Of a stretch of DNA of 64,000 bases, positions 32,193 to 39,480 are shown in pieces. Every line of letters starts with the position of its first letter. Positions within the stretch are counted from its first letter, which is position 1. Source of the DNA: Candidatus Sumerlaeaceae bacterium. GTDB taxonomy: Bacteria; Sumerlaeota; Sumerlaeia; Sumerlaeales; Sumerlaeaceae. The position numbers and the translations under genes were made by a program. The notes under the pieces were generated by a model, which was not told the DNA's origin, searched no databases, and saw only the letters and a list, made by a program, of their open reading frames with translations. Where the stretch lies: positions 32,001 to 96,000 of the forward strand of contig JBMFRB010000007.1 in assembly GCA_049968255.1 (NCBI GenBank). The letters run 5' to 3'.

Positions 32193-32230
32193 TTGACACA
32201 TTTCGTAAGGTGCAATCCTTTGCGCTTACG
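32193..32230 (+). promoter_or_regulatory. TTGACA hexamer followed by an inverted repeat upstream of the WYL gene
   Basis: TTGACA at 32193-32198; CGTAAG-G-TGCAA-TCCT-TTGCG-CTTACG at 32204-32230; no consensus -10 at canonical spacing. Confidence 0.35.
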
Positions 32231-32255
32231 CTTTGGCATGAAGAGGTCACCCAAG

Positions 32256-33344
32256 ATGGGCGTGATGAAGAAAAGTGCGGTTCGAAACAGCTCCGAGAAG
32301 TTTCGCGACAGGCACTTCTTGCGCTTGTGGACGCTCATTTATTTGCTGAGTACGGCGACCTGTTCTTATTCTTACCATCAAATGCTCAAGGAGCTAGAAG
32401 AGAGGGGCATTCCTTGCTGTCGTCGAACACTTTTGCGGGACCTGAGAGTTCTCCAAAGTGCTGGCTGGCCTCTCAAATGCACAACTCGACGCGACGGCTC
32501 GAAGTGGTGGCGCCTCGAGCTGAAGAGCGGAATTCCCCTTCCCTTTCCGGCGGAAGCTAATGAAGTCTTGGCTCTGGCTGTTGCTCGAAATGCTCTGATG
32601 CTTACGGATTTCGCCCAGCTGGTCAGATACCTCGACCAATTGTGGAACCGCGTGGGCCAGATCTACCCAGAGGGATACAGGCGCCTTTACGACGAGGTAT
32701 CCGCTAACGTTGTGGTGCAAAAAGCGTCGATGCGCGAAAAGATGCAGGACATCGGGCACTACGATCAGCTTATGCGGGCAATTGAGGAGCGACGTAAGGT
32801 CCAAATTACCTATCGCGACCATGAGGGACGCCTGTCGAAAGATCGGATTATTGCGCCACTAAAGCTTTTCATCGCATCGGGACACACGTATCTCCGTGCT
32901 TTTTGCTACCTCCGCGGAGAAAAACGGAATTTCAGGCTATCGAGGCTGCAGGGGCAAGTGGTTATGCTGCGAGAACAGTTTTCGGAAGAATTGCTCCGAG
33001 GCATTGACAAAGAGCTGGACTATGCTCTGGGCGGGTTTCATGCAAAACCAGAGCTCGTTGTGCTGGCCGTGGATGATATGCTGGCTAGTTATTTGGAAGA
33101 AAATCCGCTCCACGTTTCGCAAAAGATCGTAAGAGACAAACGATTTATCAAAGTAGAACTATTCGTAGGATTGAATGAAACGCTTTTCCACAAACTCTTG
33201 GGTTTTGGCGAACACATCCGCGTGCTAGAGCCAGCGAAGCTGCGCTTGCTCCTTGCCGAGCGCCACAAAGGCGCATTTGAATCCTTCTGCGAGCCTGACG
33301 GCAACGGGCATCAGCCAGAATTACCTCTGCTGGTAGAAGAATAG
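32256..33344 (+). CDS. HTH-WYL-WCX transcriptional regulator (PafB/PafC/YafY/BrxR-like)
   Basis: wHTH 'CCRRTLLRDLRVL'; WYL domain 'KVQITYR...IIAPLKLF...HTYLRAFC...RNFRLSRL'; WCX 'PLHVSQ...LLGFGEHIRVLEP'; GAGG before ATG 32256. Confidence 0.92.
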   Translation: MGVMKKSAVRNSSEKFRDRHFLRLWTLIYLLSTATCSYSYHQMLKELEERGIPCCRRTLLRDLRVLQSAGWPLKCTTRRDGSKWWRLELKSGIPLPFPAEANEVLALAVARNALMLTDFAQLVRYLDQLWNRVGQIYPEGYRRLYDEVSANVVVQKASMREKMQDIGHYDQLMRAIEERRKVQITYRDHEGRLSKDRIIAPLKLFIASGHTYLRAFCYLRGEKRNFRLSRLQGQVVMLREQFSEELLRGIDKELDYALGGFHAKPELVVLAVDDMLASYLEENPLHVSQKIVRDKRFIKVELFVGLNETLFHKLLGFGEHIRVLEPAKLRLLLAERHKGAFESFCEPDGNGHQPELPLLVEE

Positions 33345-33389
33345 GGCTACATCAGGCGCAACGAGGCTTGTCTCTTTTTTCACAACCTA

Positions 33390-33421
33390 TGACCACCCTT
33401 GTCACCCCTGCTTCGTACTTA
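33390..33421 (+). promoter_or_regulatory. Candidate WYL-activator operator/promoter: TGAC-N7-GTCA followed by TA-initiated -10-like hexamer
   Basis: TGAC-CACCCTT-GTCA at 33390-33404; TGTCAC-N10-TACTTA, same spacing as the PafBC TGTCGG-N10-TA-N3-T element (last T missing). Confidence 0.6.
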
Positions 33422-33424
33422 ACA

Positions 33425-33626
33425 GCGGAACGGCACGAGGGCTGCGGGTTCGCCGTGGGCAGGGGGGAACAACAAGGAGCCACGGCTGAGCTCAGGGGGT
33501 AGACGGCGCCTCGTGCCTTCCAAAACTCAAGGGGCTTGTGGAGGGTGGAAGAGGAAACCCCTAGAGACGAAGGCAGGGGGGCTGCGGATCGAGAGGATAA
33601 GGCATCTTCTCTCGATCCGCTTTTTT
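33425..33626 (+). ncRNA. Candidate structured non-coding RNA (~200 nt) of unknown family downstream of the WYL gene
   Basis: Long hairpin 33427-33521 (GGAA/TTCC, GGCACGAGG/CCTCGTGCC, GGGTTC/GAGCTC, GCCGTGG/CCACGGC); second hairpin 33526-33566; terminator; no ATG-started ORF; G-U wobbles favour the + strand. Confidence 0.55.
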
Positions 33627-33630
33627 GTTT
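33584..33630 (+). terminator. Strong intrinsic terminator
   Basis: GCGGATCGAGAG (33584-33595) / CTCTCGATCCGC (33609-33620), perfect 12-bp stem, followed by TTTTTTGTTT. Confidence 0.88.
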
Positions 33631-33637
33631 AGGAGCT

Positions 33638-33801
33638 AAGGAGTACATTTTCTTTGCGGTCAGCCTGGATATCGACGTTCGCTGTCTATTCTGGCCGCAG
33701 CAGCTCTTTTCCTTCCCCCTCAATCTCGATTGTTATTTCGAATGTCATAATGTTATTATTATTTCTCCATTCTGTGGCAATCCGCACAACCGTGCCTCGG
33801 A
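33638..33801 (-). pseudogene. Inverted, diverged fragment of the MacA-like MFP gene (matches 31003-31166) with an in-frame stop
   Basis: Hand alignment: 164 bp ungapped, 22 mismatches (~87%); reads RGTVVRIATEWRNNNNIMTFEITIEIEGEGKELLRPE*TANVDIQADRKENVLL. Confidence 0.9.
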
Positions 33802-34147
33802 GATGGCGCACCAGAATTTAGTATGTTGTGTCCTTACTGCCGATATTGCGCTCTGGTTCTGTGGACGTTGCTTAGGTATGTGGCATGTAAGGAGCGCGAA
33901 AAACATATGGCCCAGTGCAGGATTCGAGCTTTGAGTCGAAACGTCTCCTACTCGCGTGATTTGGCTACCCGAGATAGGTCTTTTTCCGGTTTCACGGTAT
34001 TCTCGTTTTCCAAGGCGGTAGGACTTGCGTGTCAGGCAAGAGCTTGGCAATGAAACCACGACGTGTGTGCCAAGTGTTGCTGCGCCAGCGGGCCGGAGCG
34101 TGGTTTTTCCTTTACCGCGCGTGGCCACAAGTCCGAGATACGGGAAT

Positions 34148-35272
34148 ATGCGTGTGGCCCTAGTGCACGACTGGCTCAATGGAATGCGGGGCGGTGAAAA
34201 GGTTTTTGAGGTGCTTTGCGAACTGTTCCCGCAGGCCGACGTCTATACTTTGTTCTATGAGCCACGGAAGGTTTCCCCTCTCATTCGCACGATGAAAGTG
34301 CATGAGTGGTGGGCCGCACGGTGGATTCCCTTCGCCCGGCGCTCCTATCGTTGGTTTTTGCCAGTGCTGCCCAGTGCGGTGGAACATTTCCCTATTCGCA
34401 ACTATGATCTGGTGATCTCTACTTCGCATTGCGTAGCGAAGGGGATTCGGCCTGAGCCCAAGACCACGTTGCATATCTCGTATTGCTTCACGCCGATGCG
34501 ATATTTGTGGGACAAATTTGACGATTATTTTGGCGATTTGTACCATCCAGCATCGCTGGCTATGCTGGCGATGCGCGCCTGGCTTCAGCAGTGGGATGTG
34601 AAATCGTCATCGCGTGTGACGCATTTCTTAGCACCTTCGGAATACGTGCGGGAACGGATCCGACGAATTTATCAGCGTGAGGCAATTGTTTTACCGCCAC
34701 CGGTGGATTGGAACAGATATTCGATGATCGAACGCCTGCCGTCGGAGTTCTTCCTTGTCGTGTCTGCGCTTGAACCCTATAAGCGGGTGGACGTAGCGGT
34801 GGAAGCCTGCAACCGGCTGCGCGTACCTTTGAAAGTTGTGGGCACTGGCACGCAACTTAGACGGTTGCGTCGGCTTGCAGGGCCGACGGTCGAATTTCTT
34901 GGCTGGGTAAGCGATTCGCAACTAGCAGCTCTGTATTCGTGTGCGCGGGCAGTTCTGTTTCCGGCGGATGAGGATTTTGGAATTGTGCCTCTGGAGGCGA
35001 TGGCATCAGGGTGTCCGGTCATCGCCTATCGCAAAGGTGGTGCACTTGAGACTGTGGTGGAAGGTCACACGGGGATTTTCTTTGATCAGCAGACGCCAGA
35101 GTCGTTGTGCGCGGCGATCGAAAAGTTCGAGGACATGAACTTTGATGAGGATTTTGGGCGACGTCATGCGCAGCGTTTTTCACGGGACATTTTCAAGGAA
35201 CGGCTGAAAGAGACGATTATTAAACTTGCTGGTTTGTCGTCTGGAACGATGCGGGCTGTACAATTGCCTTGA
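34148..35272 (+). CDS. Glycosyltransferase family 4
   Basis: MRVALVHDWL..MRGGEKV, YCFTPMRY, EDFGIVPLEAMASG. Confidence 0.93.
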   Translation: MRVALVHDWLNGMRGGEKVFEVLCELFPQADVYTLFYEPRKVSPLIRTMKVHEWWAARWIPFARRSYRWFLPVLPSAVEHFPIRNYDLVISTSHCVAKGIRPEPKTTLHISYCFTPMRYLWDKFDDYFGDLYHPASLAMLAMRAWLQQWDVKSSSRVTHFLAPSEYVRERIRRIYQREAIVLPPPVDWNRYSMIERLPSEFFLVVSALEPYKRVDVAVEACNRLRVPLKVVGTGTQLRRLRRLAGPTVEFLGWVSDSQLAALYSCARAVLFPADEDFGIVPLEAMASGCPVIAYRKGGALETVVEGHTGIFFDQQTPESLCAAIEKFEDMNFDEDFGRRHAQRFSRDIFKERLKETIIKLAGLSSGTMRAVQLP

Positions 35273-35351
35273 GATGCTTGAAGCTTTCGTGCTTGCACCT
35301 CGTTGCCGCTCTGTTAGAAGTTATTTAGCCTGATTTGGGAGTGTGTGACGG

Positions 35352-36653
35352 ATGACGGTCGTGGCAATGCTTTTGGCGGGCGGACAAGGGTCGCGTCTGT
35401 CAATTCTTTCGCAGCACCGTGCGAAACCGGCAGTGCCATTTGGCGGAAGTTACCGAATCATTGATTTCACCCTCAGCAATGTTATGCATGCGGAAATTCC
35501 CTATATTGGCATTCTCACCCAATATAAGCCTTACTCGCTGATGGAGCATTTTGGCAATGGCGAGTGGTGGGGATTCGCCGGCCGAGGACGTGTGGGACGC
35601 ATTCTTCCCCCCGCCACAGGTGAGGAAGACAGCGACTGGTACGCGGGCACAGCTGATGCGGTGTGGCAGAACCGCAATTTTCTGGCGCGCTTCAGCCCCG
35701 AGTTGGTCCTCGTGTTATCGGGTGATCATATCTACCAGATGGATTACGCCGATCTGATCGCATTTCACCGTGAACGAAAAGCCGAGCTGACTATCGCCAT
35801 GCAGCGGGTCCCGTGGGAGGATACATCGCGGTTTGGTGTGGCGTTGACGGATGAGCGGGGTCGGATAGTGCAATTTCAAGAAAAACCTAAGAGCAATCCC
35901 ATAAGTAATCTCGCTTCTTTGGGCATTTATGTCTTCGACACGGACGTCCTGCTTCGGCGGTTGGCCGAAGACGCAGAAAACAATCAGAGCAAGCACGATT
36001 TCGGCATGAACGTGATCCCAAGTATGCTCGACCGCGATAGAGTTTACGCGTACGAGTTTTCAGGTTATTGGCGCGATGTGGGGACGATCCAATCGTATTG
36101 GGATGCCAATATGGAGTCGCTGGATCCGAGATCGGGCTTAGATCTGGTGGAGTGGCGGGTCCGCACAAATTATTACGATCCCCGGCCGCAAAATGAGCTT
36201 CCGGCTCGGATCGGTCCGCAGGCGCGTATATCGAATAGCTATGTGCCGCGTGGCTGTGTGGTGGAAGGAGTTGTGGAACACTCGATTCTATTCCCAGGGG
36301 TGCATGTGGAGCGCGACGCTGTTGTGCGCGATTCGATCGTGATGAACAACTCGTACATTGCACAGGGTTGCGCGATCGAGCGGGCGATTCTCGATAAGAA
36401 CGTCCGTGTGGAACAATGCTGCCGGATTGGCACAAGTGAAACCAGTATCCCGAACAAGGATTTCCCCCATTTACTCGATTCGGGACTCGTGGTCGTGGGA
36501 AAAAATTCGCATCTGCCCGCTGGCATGGAAATAGGGAAGAACGTGCTGATTTGTCCGGATGTTGAACCGCAAGATTTCACCAGTGGGAAACTGGACTCAG
36601 GAATGACGGTTTACCCTTCGAAAAAACAGCACCGAGGAGCGTTGACTGGGTGA
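35352..36653 (+). CDS. glgC: Glucose-1-phosphate adenylyltransferase
   Basis: LAGGQGSRL, RAKPAVPFGG.YRIIDF, WYAGTADAV, LSGDHIY.MDY, FQEKP, YWRDVGT. Confidence 0.95.
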   Translation: MTVVAMLLAGGQGSRLSILSQHRAKPAVPFGGSYRIIDFTLSNVMHAEIPYIGILTQYKPYSLMEHFGNGEWWGFAGRGRVGRILPPATGEEDSDWYAGTADAVWQNRNFLARFSPELVLVLSGDHIYQMDYADLIAFHRERKAELTIAMQRVPWEDTSRFGVALTDERGRIVQFQEKPKSNPISNLASLGIYVFDTDVLLRRLAEDAENNQSKHDFGMNVIPSMLDRDRVYAYEFSGYWRDVGTIQSYWDANMESLDPRSGLDLVEWRVRTNYYDPRPQNELPARIGPQARISNSYVPRGCVVEGVVEHSILFPGVHVERDAVVRDSIVMNNSYIAQGCAIERAILDKNVRVEQCCRIGTSETSIPNKDFPHLLDSGLVVVGKNSHLPAGMEIGKNVLICPDVEPQDFTSGKLDSGMTVYPSKKQHRGALTG

Positions 36654-37657
36654 GCACAAGATTGTTGTTAGTGTGGTTACTGGGGGCGATTCTGATGAGT
36701 TTTTCGTCGGGGGTGCTCGCCGAGGTTGTGCAAAAGGGGCCACTGGCAGGAAAGAATGTTCTGCCGGTGGGCCACGCGGACGTGACAGTGGCGGAAAGCC
36801 CCATGGCCGCCATGATGGTCATAAAGCATGCTCCTGCGAACTATGATAAGCTTGCTCGTTTCGACGCAGCGCTGCAGACAACGATGACGGCTGGTATTCC
36901 TGCGTTTGCGCTGGTTGAGCTCGATAATGAAGATCAGCTCGATGTTGTGGAGGAAATCGTAGGACAAAGGGGCATCCGATTGCCAGTCTTTGGCACAACG
37001 GAGGACTTGCTCGGCGAAAACGAGGCGAAACTTTACATTTTGGTCGATGGACGTGCTTTGCTGGTCGAGGGGCTGGACTTCGAGAAACTGCTCTCTGAAC
37101 TTACCAGCCGCCGTCAGTCGGCCACGGAGTCCGGGCGAAGCGACGCTGCGACTTCGGCCCCTGCGTTGCTGCCAGCGAAAAATCCACTGTACGTGAATCA
37201 GCGCTACGAGTTCTCAGTGCGCTGGCCGCCAGGGTGGAACTATCGCGTGGCACGCAATAACGACGGTGCGGTGGGCGTGGCTCCCCCCGGGAGTGGGCTC
37301 GAAGCGCGAGTTTGGGCCGCGCCCGAGATCAAAAGTAATGACCCGAGTGACCCGCCCGCTTACGTGCAGATCAAGGACTACCTGAACTTTCTCAAAACAC
37401 AGGCTCGGGGAGAGATCCGCGTGGAGAGTAAACTCAAAGTATTCGATGGAGACATTGAAGGGCGAGATTACACTTACTCCTACGAGCGTGCAGGAAATGG
37501 CGTAAAGCCGGATCAGAAGTATCGAGGACGGATTCAGGCGTTTGTTGTGGACGGAGTTGCAAAGCTCATCTGCGTGGAAGGACCCGAAGAAGAGTTTCGC
37601 CGAGAGGAAAACACTGTAGACAAATTTATTTACTCATTCCACCCGAGCATTGACTGA
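36650..37657 (+). CDS. Hypothetical exported protein, C-terminal region possibly PsbP/Mog1-like
   Basis: GTG start overlapping the glgC stop with GAGGAG RBS; signal peptide; 'YVNQRYEFSVRWPPGW...FIYSF' pattern. Confidence 0.6.
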   Translation: MSTRLLLVWLLGAILMSFSSGVLAEVVQKGPLAGKNVLPVGHADVTVAESPMAAMMVIKHAPANYDKLARFDAALQTTMTAGIPAFALVELDNEDQLDVVEEIVGQRGIRLPVFGTTEDLLGENEAKLYILVDGRALLVEGLDFEKLLSELTSRRQSATESGRSDAATSAPALLPAKNPLYVNQRYEFSVRWPPGWNYRVARNNDGAVGVAPPGSGLEARVWAAPEIKSNDPSDPPAYVQIKDYLNFLKTQARGEIRVESKLKVFDGDIEGRDYTYSYERAGNGVKPDQKYRGRIQAFVVDGVAKLICVEGPEEEFRREENTVDKFIYSFHPSID

Positions 37658-37716
37658 GCTGAACCTTCGCCTGGCGGCCACGAGGGCTAAAGAGAAGAAG
37701 AGGGTTCTCTCTGGTT

Positions 37717-38529
37717 TCAGTAGTTCAGGTCGCGGCGGAGAAAAAGCCAGAAACTCACAGCAAGGAACGCAACGAGCGCAATTAGACTTGTTGAAAACAT
37801 GTAAAGGGTGCGCTCTTGAAACCAGGCCTCGTACATTCCGCCGATTTTAGCGTCGGCTATTTTTAGAGGAAGATCGTAATAGGTGCTAAAAATAAACTGA
37901 CTGAGCTCGTAGCCGGCGATGCTAATAAATTGTTTCGCGGCGGTGACTGTGAGATAGAGGCCAAGTGCTATACCGACGGCGGTTCCGCCTGAGGTGACGA
38001 GCACACTGATCATGAAACCAAATGCCACGGTAGCAAGCTGAGGGATCAATGCCAAAGCAAGCCCCGTCAGGCAGACCACAAATTGCGTGGCCAGCGGTGG
38101 AACATCCAGCGACGAGTCGATGGCTTCGTTCAGGGGATATTTCTGAGCTACCATTGCCGCGATAAGGGCGTTGGCCACCTCGAGAAGCACGAGATACAGC
38201 ACTGCGGATAATAACTTGGCGATGAGAAATTGCGAGCGGGTGACAGGGCGAACCAAAATGGTGCGCAGAGTGCCTCGCGATGTTTCGGGAGCAACCGTCA
38301 TCGCCGCGAAGATCGTCGCGAAGATCGGCGTGGTGAGGGTGGAAGACAGGATCAAAGAACTTATGAAATAGTTGAACGCCGTGACCTGACCAGGCGTGGC
38401 GAAGCTTTCGACACTCTGCTTCGCGACAAACGCCATGAGAGCACTGCATGCGAGCCCGATGTATGGCAATTTTGTGCGCCATACCTTCGCCATTTCGGAA
38501 ACAAAAAGTCGCCGTACCTCGGAGAGCAT
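37717..38529 (-). CDS. ABC-2 type transporter permease (no adjacent ATPase)
   Basis: 'ETSRGTLRTILVRPVTRSQFLIAKL' and C-terminal 'FLRRDL'; six TM segments. Confidence 0.85.
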   Translation of the reverse strand: MLSEVRRLFVSEMAKVWRTKLPYIGLACSALMAFVAKQSVESFATPGQVTAFNYFISSLILSSTLTTPIFATIFAAMTVAPETSRGTLRTILVRPVTRSQFLIAKLLSAVLYLVLLEVANALIAAMVAQKYPLNEAIDSSLDVPPLATQFVVCLTGLALALIPQLATVAFGFMISVLVTSGGTAVGIALGLYLTVTAAKQFISIAGYELSQFIFSTYYDLPLKIADAKIGGMYEAWFQERTLYMFSTSLIALVAFLAVSFWLFLRRDLNY

Positions 38530-38691
38530 TGCAATTGCTAAGCTAAGTGGCCGGAGGGAGCGATTGTAAAGATAGAAAACACGTTGCGCCACGTGAGCGA
38601 GTTACCGCTTTATGACGCAAAGAGCGAATAAAGGAGGCGCCTGAGGCGCGATTGTGAGCAAAACCAAAAACGAGACCCGACAGTGGCGACA

Positions 38692-39480
38692 ATGAAGATT
38701 GTAGACACCCATGCGCACCTTCATGACCACGAGTTTAGAAACGACTTTGAGAAGGTGCTGGAACGAGCGCGCATCAACGGCGTGGAACGTATCGTCCTCA
38801 TTGGTGAAGACGTGGCAAATAGTGCGGATGCCTTGGCCAAAGCAAAAAATTACCCTGAGTGGTGCTGGGCAAGTGTGGGTTTGCATCCGCACCGGGCGAA
38901 AGATTTTAGTCCGAGCACTGTGGAAGCCCTGAAAGATCTCGCGACGTCGGATCCGCGTGTCGTGGCGATCGGTGAAATTGGCCTGGATTTTCATTACAAC
39001 TTTGCCACGCCGGAGGAGCAGGTGCCGGTGTTTCGGGCGCAGATTGAACTGGCACACGAGCTACGTCTACCAATCGTCGTTCACTGCCGCGAGGCTTATG
39101 ACGTGGCCCTTGGGATTCTCCGCGAGCACGCTTCGGGAGCCCCAGCGGCCCCCTGGGGCGTTATGCACTGCTATTTCGGCACGTCTGAGCAAGCGGCGGC
39201 CTTTTTTGACTTGGGCTTACTGCTGGGCATTGGCGGCTCAGTCACGTTCAAAAAAGCGGAGGTCGTGCACGATGTGGTGCGAAAAATGCCATTGGATGCC
39301 ATGGTGCTGGAGACGGATGCGCCCTACATGGCGCCGGTGCCACACCGCGGCAAACGCAACGAACCAAACTATTTGCCATTAGTCGTCGAGCGCATTGCAG
39401 AGCTGAAATCCACGGTGGCTGGTTGCGTGGCTGAAGCAACGACCTACAACGCATACCGGCTCTTTCGGTGGTCTAGTTAG
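38692..39480 (+). CDS. tatD: TatD-family DNase
   Basis: DTHAHL, GLHPH, IGEIGLD, HCREA, LETDAPY, RGKRNEP. Confidence 0.95.
   Translation: MKIVDTHAHLHDHEFRNDFEKVLERARINGVERIVLIGEDVANSADALAKAKNYPEWCWASVGLHPHRAKDFSPSTVEALKDLATSDPRVVAIGEIGLDFHYNFATPEEQVPVFRAQIELAHELRLPIVVHCREAYDVALGILREHASGAPAAPWGVMHCYFGTSEQAAAFFDLGLLLGIGGSVTFKKAEVVHDVVRKMPLDAMVLETDAPYMAPVPHRGKRNEPNYLPLVVERIAELKSTVAGCVAEATTYNAYRLFRWSS

Noticed and set aside
33405-33580. Retron msr-msd (terminal inverted repeats plus long hairpin)
   Set aside because: The resemblance is superficial; no reverse transcriptase gene is adjacent or anywhere in the window.
33425-33626. 6S RNA, SRP RNA, RNase P RNA, tmRNA, Y RNA or a known riboswitch
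   Set aside because: No SRP helix-8 motif, no complete RNase P GAGGAAAGUCC, no tRNA-like ends, closing stem too short for 6S, and no cobalamin or c-di-GMP consensus by eye; a formal Rfam scan is still needed.
33638-33801. Diversity-generating retroelement template/variable repeat pair with 31003-31166
   Set aside because: Mismatches are not adenine-specific (only 9 of 22 have A in the copy, 5 in the gene), many are synonymous, and there is no reverse transcriptase in the window.
33981-34001. Second possible MFP-derived fragment (TTTTTCCGGTTTCACGGT)
   Set aside because: Short, gapped similarity to about 31242-31266 and in the wrong order relative to the main fragment; probably chance.
33352-34179. 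ORFs 33536-33934 (+), 33352-33723 (-) and 33745-34179 (-) as genes
   Set aside because: They cross the terminator or the inverted MFP fragment in non-native frames, lack RBSs and show no protein-like motifs.
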